IMG/VR virus record: IMGVR_UViG_3300042914_001187
Coordinates: 1 to 46,124 of that record
Source of the DNA: a virus
Taxonomy: Duplodnaviria; Caudoviricetes
Reading direction: 5' to 3' (one strand)
DNA: 46,124 bases
Part shown: positions 24,201 through 31,517 of the stretch, in pieces
Position numbering within the stretch: position 1 is the stretch's first letter
Layout of the letters: every line of letters begins with the position of its first letter
Notes under the pieces: model-generated
What the model saw: the letters and a program-made list of their open reading frames with translations, nothing else
Told to the model about the DNA's origin: nothing
Database searches by the model: none
Translations under genes and position numbers: made by a program

Positions 24201-26789
24201 ACCCAAAGCTTCACGAGCCGCATTGTCTTCGTCTTCTATGACAGAACGGGTAGACAGCGGGATGCGTTCCCGCGCAAGACTGAACTTCTCTTGGCCGTAT
24301 GGAACATTTTCAAACTCTTTGAGTTTAGCCCGATAGGCAGGCAATACCTTGTCGTAAATGATCTTGTCTAGTTGTTTTTCTCCGTTTACACGCTCGGTGG
24401 ACACGCCCAGTTCTTTCAGGCGCTTCTCGATGCCATCCTGAACTTTGGTCAGGTTTGTATCTGCCCTACCATTACCGGGGAGCCAGCGGTCTTCATCTCT
24501 TCTAAGCCGATTTGTTCTGGCACTCTTAACCAGACGATCCACGCCATCATTGATAACATCGTCTATCGTTTTTAGGCTGAGTTTTTCTTGAACCGCAGGC
24601 GTTGCTTCAGCGGCAGGTTTGAGGCGACCGCGCTCAATGCTTTGGAAGATGTCATCAGCAGACTGGAACCCTGCGCCACGCAGAGCCTGACCCAGGCTGG
24701 CGAAGAAGTTCTTGATCTTGCGGTAGAGGGCGGCAATCATGCCCGGGGGTGGCTTTGCCCCCTTGTCATAAGCACCAAAGGCGTCTGCGATTGATTCTTC
24801 AACCACCGCATCGGAGACGTACTGATCCAATTCTTTCCCAGTGAAACCCTTCTGCTCGCCCTCTTTGGTGAACAGATCGACATACGCGTCATAGCGCGAC
24901 CGCTTGTCGTCGTACTTGGTTTCTTTGAGTTCTTTGATCCACTGCTTGTTTGCACGCTCTTCCAGCGCCTTCCATTGCTGGGGCGTGAAGAAACCCAAGT
25001 CCTTCATGGCGTGGAGGGACTCATGGCGCATGGTCTGGACGGGGGTTGCATCCTCCAGAGACACCCGGATCAGCTTGTCCAAGTAAGCCCCGCCAGCACC
25101 ATTCTCAATCCGGTCAACGATGTTCAGGCCAACATCACCCAGGCCGAACTTGCGCATCTGGGGGACGAAGGTCTTGTAGAGTTCTTTGGCGGTTTCGCGT
25201 CGTTGCTGTGTCTGTTTAAACACATCTTCGCCAACCGTCTGCTGGACTACGGCCTCTGCTTCGCCCAAAGTTTTGAACGTGCCGACGGGCTTGTTGTCCG
25301 GCCCGAGGACGTTGAACTGCTCGTTTACACGCTCAATCTGCCCAAAAGGCATGACCGTAAGAGGCTTGGCCAACGACTCCGAGCGGTCGTACAAATCTTT
25401 AATTTTCTGCGCCGACTCATCCATCATGGTCGGCATTTGAGTTTTGAGCGACTGATACTCTTCGGTGTTGGTCTGCTCGGTGGCCTCTAGACGCTCCAGC
25501 TTGTCTCTGGCCTTTTGAACGTCAGCGTTTATCTTTGCTTCGTCCTGCAAGAGCTTGTTGCGCTCTTCGGCCCTGATCTTGGTCAAGGACTCAAGCTTGG
25601 CGGTGGCTTCCTCTTGGGTGTCCACCACAGACAGGGGCTCATCCCTGCCCTGAGCCATGATGCTGAAGCCCTGCGGCACAGTCTCCCGGCCAGTCTCTTC
25701 CCGGTTGATCTTGAAACCACCGGGCAAGACATCAGGGAACCGCTGGGCGAGTTCTTCTTCGGTGACGGCCACACGGGCCTCTTCCTCGCGGCGAATGGCC
25801 TCCCTGTCCGGGCCCCTAATCGCGGCGATGGGGGCAGAGCCCAGCAGCCCCAATAGGCCCTCTTGGGTGGCTTGACCGGCCACGCCCTCAAACAAAGGCA
25901 CATCCCTGCCCTCGCGCTGAAGGGCAAGGTTTGCAGCCAGACGCTCTTGGCCACCCTGAATGGCTTCCGTGGGAACATCGACTGCGGCGGCTGTACCAAT
26001 ACGCCCCAGCATGGATTGGCTGGCTCTTGCTGCTGCGCCCGGGGTCAAAAGACGTTCTGCGCCGTACCTGCCTGCAACCAAACCGACGCCCGCACCCGTC
26101 AAAATCTGATCAATGTTCTGGCCCGTATATTCTTGCGCAGCGGCAGCCTTGACACGGGCCTCTTCTTCGCTTCGACCGTCCTCAATCTCTGCCCTGTAAA
26201 CAGCATCGTAAATAGCGCCCTTGACGGCACCAGCGCCCTGTGCAGTGCCAATCACAGTTGGAGAGGCTTTAGCCACCGCATTGGCGGCCTGAACAGATCG
26301 TGCTCCAAGCCCAAGAGCCGCAGCGGCGGCGGGGCCAAAAAGCATCGTTGGCAAATACGGGGCGAAAGAACCAACAGCCTGAGCGGCAGACTGAAGTGGC
26401 GCTTCTGCGATGTTTTTGGCGGCAGCTTTAATCTCTTCCCAGGTGCTGCCAGTTGCTTCTGCCTGCCTTAAACGCTCTTGCTGGCGTTGTAGCTCCGCCT
26501 GACGCGCAGACGACATCCCAGCCTGAGACGACCGAGCAAGGTCTTCAAGTTTTTGAGACGCAACATTTCCCGCCCCAAAAACATCAGTGAGGGCTTGGGT
26601 GCTGCCATAAGCGCCCTGGGCAAACGACGCAGCAAGATCGCTTAGACTAAACCCTGCTGGCCCAGAAGACTGCGCCGCGCCGGGCTGCGCAGCAATCATT
26701 CGTTTAACCGTCGTCTGAATTACGCTTGGATCAGTGCCATCGGGGAATTCAAGGACGCGACCATCAGCAAGTTCGGCTCTGATCGTCAT
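18234..26789 (-). CDS. Large polyvalent injected protein (metallopeptidase, glycosylase-like domain, two ADP-ribosyltransferase-like domains, ParB-like domain, LPD38-like C-terminus)
   Basis: RHESLH; GPKLGAFYANL...MDLW...QAALW; two segments of the type EFK.W...HG/HAT...IMP.Y...P.QVKS.TGN.G; EGRHR; RVPIPFEVG. Confidence 0.8.
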   Translation of the reverse strand: MTIRAELADGRVLEFPDGTDPSVIQTTVKRMIAAQPGAAQSSGPAGFSLSDLAASFAQGAYGSTQALTDVFGAGNVASQKLEDLARSSQAGMSSARQAELQRQQERLRQAEATGSTWEEIKAAAKNIAEAPLQSAAQAVGSFAPYLPTMLFGPAAAAALGLGARSVQAANAVAKASPTVIGTAQGAGAVKGAIYDAVYRAEIEDGRSEEEARVKAAAAQEYTGQNIDQILTGAGVGLVAGRYGAERLLTPGAAARASQSMLGRIGTAAAVDVPTEAIQGGQERLAANLALQREGRDVPLFEGVAGQATQEGLLGLLGSAPIAAIRGPDREAIRREEEARVAVTEEELAQRFPDVLPGGFKINREETGRETVPQGFSIMAQGRDEPLSVVDTQEEATAKLESLTKIRAEERNKLLQDEAKINADVQKARDKLERLEATEQTNTEEYQSLKTQMPTMMDESAQKIKDLYDRSESLAKPLTVMPFGQIERVNEQFNVLGPDNKPVGTFKTLGEAEAVVQQTVGEDVFKQTQQRRETAKELYKTFVPQMRKFGLGDVGLNIVDRIENGAGGAYLDKLIRVSLEDATPVQTMRHESLHAMKDLGFFTPQQWKALEERANKQWIKELKETKYDDKRSRYDAYVDLFTKEGEQKGFTGKELDQYVSDAVVEESIADAFGAYDKGAKPPPGMIAALYRKIKNFFASLGQALRGAGFQSADDIFQSIERGRLKPAAEATPAVQEKLSLKTIDDVINDGVDRLVKSARTNRLRRDEDRWLPGNGRADTNLTKVQDGIEKRLKELGVSTERVNGEKQLDKIIYDKVLPAYRAKLKEFENVPYGQEKFSLARERIPLSTRSVIEDEDNAAREALGLNTEAKRGRFNNVRDIARALNNDTLKKHGAMDRKNLTDDDVVKIADAIADEVSYQLGTTAKTGTGLGWYSNNYPNAVKRLQARFPELADNQHARSVFSAIVAVTSNGEKVTKNISNAVELYSKLRDGKPMVAMGNRRATALENNLRSIERLLEDHNTDFEKHLLEEITVKDMNARLREMGEKSDGSYLADTVVPRAAIYFGPKLGAFYANLSGSEGYLTMDLWWTRSINRMRGLLIPKATTASINKFRDMMDQPSASRDEVVAASIPLRNKYKDFGFTTELEYLAGGKEPSTKAAKPEWFKQAETAAGDAYEQLLFDHNLEKMANTIYKNEYEMLEEAPFTASDRAFMYKAARNAQAKLRKSGVDLTLADIQAALWYYEKRLYAKLSGVKADDIGYEEAIIAQASEGDGRAGPSVVFGRKSDAGAVAGREVQRAEKARPEPAVEEKPSGKAAKLSLKAPTSPEFKRWLGDSKIVNKDGTPMVMYHGLAKDTTDFTRKTERGAPIFLTDDPEFATRFAADSYESVARNPEKYLSKEQIDGGVKRAISAIKKDYGKDSLGKEMIESLKTGDLKDATPEAREYIQKEFINLLPTGPHIMPMYVRAERPFDYENPGHIRKVLAELTEDAYDPADIRSGSWESIENADFQDAIQNAGFDSFYVKEHGRKNLAVYQPNQVKSATGNVGTYSLESPDVRYSLRGVAFPTAKEAQEAAEAVKVPDTPEFKQYIAGSQWVDEDGKAKKFFHATTSNFFEFNDGVIYLSDTAEESAKWGRMAEDRLRERVYKALNKDEKLPFFQQAVDEAVSKDRITKAQGEKFMRDATRNIPDFDSYNLIKKEMDDVLLSLSPERMKIMPLYARAMTPFDFRNKEHVQQVMDAYDYTETMDRQIGDVAKQINKQIGGAPTVNVENILDGLKGILAQGFPKVVERPDIMRTIRKLGFDGYVVRRNRTAPMSYAVFKPQQVKSITGNDGQFNLETKDVRYSLSKVRYTPERFDRLYNESMYTQSSAKKKTKGYLAFVDPMDFVKATASPETLDRLRKEQEPLDTERLKKESQPLYLSVVERNGEWKITSHEGRHRMLALHEAGYRRVPIYIDIEAEVAEPIAHKFINAQYDDSVSSFLLATVIEPLSYDNRERAREKFTRMESEIKFSLPTLSKAANDRIKQVAPGRVELGFKERVIGGFKNDYTSLRQMFINRYDSLAKFDQRMREKIRLAGGPELLADQSAEFAALQSDVSAGVAASAMGIGDRQGGVPVYRNGFTTIDTSVKGLTEALAPLAKYGDPEVYQRYQFWAGWKRGRRLLDEGKERLYNAKDAKLAQEIEAQHPEFVQVQKDLIAFNNGIVNFAVQTGVLSRERAQVYTQYADYIPFYRQLDLDKTIGPNPFGGISGVRGPKELKGGEAPLADFLETMVRNTQSMINSGMKNIAAQRATKVALEINETERLPGPATGIDVYTQLENGQVVYYRSSDQLFIDALKSLNMPDLPFMGLLSGPANVLRNLVTKDPGFMMANLLRDSLSSYVTSGQKITPIVGTMVNFGKALSAKDKNLQALFNAGVVGGYEFSQNIEQSGETLSSDLNKKAGKDAILLRPFKSLWEGLEKGTTASDAATRMAVYERVMKETGNEAEAISRAMEVMNFSRKGNNVLIRIATAAIPFFNARLQGLDLFYRASAGQMNTQDAKEIKRRFWIRGMTMAALSSMYYLSVADDEEYQKQEEETKDNNWIFTSVGIRVPIPFEVGTLFKTMPERIIAYFMGNDTGKDLGMSTLRALANTFAFNPIPQTFKPIVEVATNFNFFTMRPIVGQGMQEVEARFQVGPGTSKTAEYIGGLLNLSPLKVDQLIKGYTGTIGGYVTDVIDAVSSEFSDVPKASLRFEQLPVVKRFALDPEARGSVTQFYELQRSVDTVVRTMSLLEKTARPEEFSKYLEDNIGLLAVKDYVRDIEKSMKDLREMRRTINSSDMESDEKRDLLVDLGRMENNLTANIKSVKKAVSELK

Positions 26790-26796
26790 TTAAACC

Positions 26797-29340
26797 TCAT
26801 TGAATTGGGTTGCCTTTTGAGTCAAACCGAATGACCTGACTTGCTGATCCTACACCAGTGGCTGATGGAGCGGCAAGTTTACCAAGGGCTTCAGATTCCA
26901 AAACATCTATCTTTTGCTGAAAACCAGCGCGTTCTTCTGGCGTTTTGGCCCTGTCGCGCTGCATGACCAACATGCCGTACATCGGGTTTTCTTTCCTAAA
27001 CTTGCTCAACAATTCAGCACGTTTCAGGTCTCCAGCTTGTTCTGAACGGAATGAATACCCAGCAGCGCGGCTTGCCTTTTCCATGGCTTGATCAAAGGAC
27101 AGCTTGGGGTCCTCTCTCATGTACCGCTCGGCGTATTTGATGAGGGCTGGCTGTGAATCAGCGCCTCTTGCCCGCATGATGTCCAACTCTTTCTTCTTCA
27201 AATCAAACATGCGGTCTTGCTGGCTAATCTGCTGCTTGAGCTTTTCCTGCTCCAGTTGACGCGTGCTGATGTTGTTGGCCAAGCTTGCTGCAAGCTGCAT
27301 GTTGCCCTGCTCCAGAGCCGTCTCATACCGGGCGTTCTCCATCCGCAACTTCATGTAGTTGTCTTGGGCGGCCTGTTTAAGCTTATTGGTCTCTGCCATC
27401 GACTCAGAAATCAGCGGGGCGGCTTCAGCGGCAGACTCAAATGCCCCGGCAATACCAGAACGACGGCCCGGTTTAGCTGCGGCTTTAGCCATGCCGAAGC
27501 CAAACTTCATCATCGCCTCACCAATACTCCGAGCCTCAATTTCTTTGGATCGGTTCTTGGCGGCATCCAACTCTTCCTTGAACTGTTTGCGCTCAGGCTC
27601 AGACCTTGCGTTTAACTCTTCACGGATTTTCTTGGCCAGTTCCTGTGTCTCATCTTTTGGAAGCTGAACGTTCGCTGCCTCAGTGATGGTCCTGACTGCG
27701 GCGGCTGCGCTGCTTTGAGAGATGCTGCCGGATGCACGGGCAGGACGGCCCTCTTCCCGCCTTGCTTGTTGGCCTCGTGGTGCTTCTGGCGGCGCTGCTC
27801 GTGGTGCTTCTTGAGCGGCGCGGGGTGCGCTTGCTGGCGGCCTTTGAGCCATCACGCGCTCATATGTTTCCGGGGCTGACTGCCGCAGAAACCTCATCCT
27901 CGCCTCGTCCTCTTGGGCTGCTCGACGGGCTCGTTCATTCTCAATCCGAACCCTGTCCATTTCCATCGCCCCGGCAGCGCTTCCACCGAATTGAGGGTCT
28001 TGAACAAGGCTGTAGTTGTTGTCTTCTGTCGGGCCAGCAAAAGCCACGATGCCGCCAGAAGCCATTTCAGTGACTGCCTCTTGGGTCTCTTCAGGCAGGG
28101 TGTTAAACGCACTGCCAAGACCTGCGCGGAGAGATGCACGCTCGGCAATCTCGTCGTCGATCATTGCGACCTGTTCGCGGTCACCCCGATTCAGAGCGGC
28201 CAATTTGGACTGCTGCAACTGAACATCACTGAGTTTGTCCAGGGTGTTATCGACGAAGTAGTTGCTGGTTACGCTGCCGCCATCGGCATATTCATCTACC
28301 TGCCCGCCTTCGGCAAACATTTGGCCAAATCTGGCCATTCCGCCAAGACCAACACCCAGGCCAGCAATTTGACCCAGCATGCTGCCCGGTGGTTCATAAA
28401 TCTGTTTGGTCGACTGCTGCCCCAGCGGCAAGCCACGGATCATGTCAGACATGAAGCCAAGCTGTTTATACGGGTAGTTCTGCTCGTTCAGGAAGTCCTG
28501 ATACGCTTGGGTCAGACCCTGTTGCCGCAGTGCCTGTTGCTGTGCTCCCATCTGGGATTGCAGGCCAATAGTTTCTTTCTGCTGGCCAAACTCTTGTCCA
28601 CCCAGAGCACCCAACTGACCCGCACCCTGAAGCGCAGTCTGAAAACCCTGCATACCGAGACCGGCCCCGAACTGGCGGGACTGCTCACGAAGCTGTTGTT
28701 CCCGGGCAAACTGCTGCTGCGCCTGATCAAAGGCTGACATATAGCCTCTGGCGCGGATGTCACCCTGCTGCATGCCCAGGTTGCGCTGACGCTCTGCCTC
28801 AACGATAGCCTGACGGCCACCGCCAAACGCTCCAGACCGAACCGCCTGCGCCTGATCAGCCATCCGCTGCATCTCAGATGAACGCTGGGCCTCCCGAAGC
28901 TGGGGCTCCATCGCCATTTCAACGAACGGGTTCATGTACTGAGCGGCTCGGCCAGCGGTGAACTGCCCCATGCGGAAGGGGTCGTACTGAGTGCCAAGGG
29001 CACCCAAAGACGCAGCCCCCGCTACACGGCCACCAAACTGGCCAAGCTGAGAAGGCCCCATCTGTCCAGCGGCTGCCTGAGCCTGCTCTTGGAGAGGGGA
29101 GAAGCCAGCGATACGCGGGGCACCGTATGCCTGATAAGGCCCAGCCGTCAGGGCTTTGGTCTTTTCCAGCGTCTCTTGTGCGTACGGCTTGGCCCAGTCT
29201 GGCAGGTCAGTGACTTGGGTTTGTGTTGACGGGGGAGAAGAACCGCCGCCGCCATAAATGATGCGCCCGCCTTCTTTGCGGGTAACGCTTTCGCCAAGGG
29301 GTTCGCCAAAGGCTTCAAGTTGTCTGCGAGAGTAGTTCAT
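26797..29340 (-). CDS. Internal virion / DNA injection protein
   Basis: Gln/Ala/Gly-rich; YMNP, GAFGG.R; adjacent to the giant protein. Confidence 0.7.
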   Translation of the reverse strand: MNYSRRQLEAFGEPLGESVTRKEGGRIIYGGGGSSPPSTQTQVTDLPDWAKPYAQETLEKTKALTAGPYQAYGAPRIAGFSPLQEQAQAAAGQMGPSQLGQFGGRVAGAASLGALGTQYDPFRMGQFTAGRAAQYMNPFVEMAMEPQLREAQRSSEMQRMADQAQAVRSGAFGGGRQAIVEAERQRNLGMQQGDIRARGYMSAFDQAQQQFAREQQLREQSRQFGAGLGMQGFQTALQGAGQLGALGGQEFGQQKETIGLQSQMGAQQQALRQQGLTQAYQDFLNEQNYPYKQLGFMSDMIRGLPLGQQSTKQIYEPPGSMLGQIAGLGVGLGGMARFGQMFAEGGQVDEYADGGSVTSNYFVDNTLDKLSDVQLQQSKLAALNRGDREQVAMIDDEIAERASLRAGLGSAFNTLPEETQEAVTEMASGGIVAFAGPTEDNNYSLVQDPQFGGSAAGAMEMDRVRIENERARRAAQEDEARMRFLRQSAPETYERVMAQRPPASAPRAAQEAPRAAPPEAPRGQQARREEGRPARASGSISQSSAAAAVRTITEAANVQLPKDETQELAKKIREELNARSEPERKQFKEELDAAKNRSKEIEARSIGEAMMKFGFGMAKAAAKPGRRSGIAGAFESAAEAAPLISESMAETNKLKQAAQDNYMKLRMENARYETALEQGNMQLAASLANNISTRQLEQEKLKQQISQQDRMFDLKKKELDIMRARGADSQPALIKYAERYMREDPKLSFDQAMEKASRAAGYSFRSEQAGDLKRAELLSKFRKENPMYGMLVMQRDRAKTPEERAGFQQKIDVLESEALGKLAAPSATGVGSASQVIRFDSKGNPIQ

Positions 29341-29801
29341 ACTGACTCCGTGCTCAAAATTTTCGTGTACAGCTTATCTGTGTGCTTGTAGCCAAGGTAC
29401 TCAAACAGCCGCGAATTGTCCAGATGAATTTTCGTGTGCATGATGATGCGGTGAACACCATCAGCGCGTAACGCCTCTTCCGCAAACTGAAACAACCTGA
29501 TCCCGGTCCGCCCCAGTCGATGTTCTTTCCTCAGAAAGTAAATGTCTTCAAACGCCGTTTTGCACGTTCTGTAGTGCAAATGCGGGCTCACAATAAAAAT
29601 TGCGTACCCAACCAACCCGTCCGCATCTCGCGCTGTGATGCACCGCAGCATACCGGCCACATACAACTTGCCATATGCCTCATAGTCGGGTGCAAGCGGG
29701 AAATCTTTTGTCACGCATAACTCGTCGTAGTGAGCAGGAATGATTCCCTTCAACTCTTCAATAAAAGTTGCTGGGTCCTCTACGGCGTAGCTAATTGTCA
29801 T
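29337..29801 (-). CDS. GNAT-family acetyltransferase
   Basis: LVGY, DIYFLRKEHRLGRTG..L, LFEYLGY. Confidence 0.75.
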   Translation of the reverse strand: MTISYAVEDPATFIEELKGIIPAHYDELCVTKDFPLAPDYEAYGKLYVAGMLRCITARDADGLVGYAIFIVSPHLHYRTCKTAFEDIYFLRKEHRLGRTGIRLFQFAEEALRADGVHRIIMHTKIHLDNSRLFEYLGYKHTDKLYTKILSTESV

Positions 29802-31120
29802 GCTGGCAAATACTTGTCAGCCCGAGTGTTCTTGGCGACCCGGCCTTTGCCTGTCGTTTGGCCACGGGCCGCTTGTACACGGTTCATCATGGCGTACAGC
29901 TTACGCGCACCGGCCTCAGTCGAGCCGTTGCCCAGTTCAGAGACGATACGGGCTGGTACCACAAACTCACCGTCAGCCAGCCGCGCAGGGCGCTTACGCC
30001 CAATCACTGCGGGAATAGAGTCAGACACCCCATCGCCAGGGCCGCGCAGTAGCCTGCCGCCGTCGGAGTAATCGCCAAGGTCAGAGATGCCACCACGGGC
30101 CATTTTCTGCATACCGGTGGACATATCAACACCCATATCAGAGACACCACCACGGGTGTTCTGCATGTCGTAAACATTGGCGGCAGACATGGCTTCAACC
30201 GGACCGCCAGCGGCCATGCCCGAACCATAGTCATTTATGATGGGCATAGCGGTAAACGGAGACATAGCCACTACGGGAGCCGGTGGATTAACCGGCGTGA
30301 ACTGATGGTTGAAGTACCGTTGCTGCCTGCCAAAATCCCGACCAAGGCCGCCGTATCCAGGCACATCTGCCTGTGGCGTCGGGGAAACCGGGTTGGCGCT
30401 GTATTGCAGCGGGGTGGGAGGGGCTGTGGGCTTGATGCCTGGGGGGTTGTAATCATCGTCCCCCATCAACACAGGAGCCAAACCAGCGGCACCAGAGGTC
30501 AGTAAGCCCTTCATGCCGCCAACGCCCTGCATGAAAGCATCTCTACCTCCAGCCTCTGCCAGACTGGTCAATCCTTTGCCCATTACTGAAAACCCAGACG
30601 GAACAACAGGTGCGGCACCGGAGGCCACATTGGCACTTCCAGCAAGAGCCTCCAGCCCGGCTTGTCCAAATCCAGCATTTTGAGCGGCCAACATTGCAGA
30701 CTGAGAACCTGCTCCAGTTGCGGCTTGAGTGCCCAACGTCTGTGCAACCATTTCAGGAGTGGCAGCACCAGCCCCCATCAAGCCACTACCCAAACCCGCG
30801 CCACCATAAGCGCCGAGACCAGTCATTAGGCCCTGCTTCAAGTCTCCAGTCAGCGCCGCAGTTCCCCCGCCAATCATCAGGGCGGCCATGGGAGCGCCAA
30901 CGCCGGTTGCAGTCAAAGCTGCGCCAGCAATCATGGGCAGAATGCGCGACAGGAACCCAGCCTCAGGCAGACCAGTCTCAGGGTTAATACTTAGAGACCC
31001 GCCATGAGCTTCTGCCAGTTTTTGAAGGCTGTTTACCTCGCCCAGCGACATGTGGACAAGCTGAGTGTCTGGGCCTCGGCCTTTGGAGGCAAGGTGTTTG
31101 GCGGCGGCTTCAAGGCTCAT
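29798..31120 (-). CDS. Internal virion / pilot protein
   Basis: GRGPD..LVH, INPETGLPEA, Gly-rich hydrophobic stretch, GPGDGVSDSIPA...LADGEFV; GAGG SD before 31120. Confidence 0.7.
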   Translation of the reverse strand: MSLEAAAKHLASKGRGPDTQLVHMSLGEVNSLQKLAEAHGGSLSINPETGLPEAGFLSRILPMIAGAALTATGVGAPMAALMIGGGTAALTGDLKQGLMTGLGAYGGAGLGSGLMGAGAATPEMVAQTLGTQAATGAGSQSAMLAAQNAGFGQAGLEALAGSANVASGAAPVVPSGFSVMGKGLTSLAEAGGRDAFMQGVGGMKGLLTSGAAGLAPVLMGDDDYNPPGIKPTAPPTPLQYSANPVSPTPQADVPGYGGLGRDFGRQQRYFNHQFTPVNPPAPVVAMSPFTAMPIINDYGSGMAAGGPVEAMSAANVYDMQNTRGGVSDMGVDMSTGMQKMARGGISDLGDYSDGGRLLRGPGDGVSDSIPAVIGRKRPARLADGEFVVPARIVSELGNGSTEAGARKLYAMMNRVQAARGQTTGKGRVAKNTRADKYLPA

Positions 31121-31148
31121 ATTTGCCTCACGGAAAAGGGGTTGATTG

Positions 31149-31177
31149 AGTCTATCATGGGGGGTGTTTTTAGCCAA
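31149..31177 (-). promoter_or_regulatory. Possible internal promoter for the injection genes
   Basis: TTGGCT, 17-bp spacer, extended -10 TG-A-TAGACT. Confidence 0.4.
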
Positions 31178-31517
31178 CCTTCCAGTTAGTGCCGTCAGAA
31201 TAAACTGGGGTGAAAACAGCGCCGCCGCCAACAACGGTAGCGCCGAAGGTGGGAGTCAAGGCGTTGGTCACAAAGGTGCGCGCTCCAGCCCCGGAGGTGG
31301 CTGCACTGGGTAGGGTGGCCACGGTATAGTTTGTTGCTGCCGGAACAACGCTTGAGGTCCCAAGCTGGCCCAGGATGTTGTCGAGTCGGTTGAAGTACAG
31401 ACGCAGAACGTCAGCAAACTGATCGTGATACCGCTTCTCATACTCCGTGGGCGCGGTTGGCAAACGAGGCGCAACGACTCGGTTGAGTTCAAACTCTGAT
31501 GTAACGATCAGGGTCAT
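31170..31517 (-). CDS. Small tail-associated protein
   Basis: APRLP.AP.EY...LRLYF; C-terminal PVYSDGTNW. Confidence 0.65.
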   Translation of the reverse strand: MTLIVTSEFELNRVVAPRLPTAPTEYEKRYHDQFADVLRLYFNRLDNILGQLGTSSVVPAATNYTVATLPSAATSGAGARTFVTNALTPTFGATVVGGGAVFTPVYSDGTNWKVG

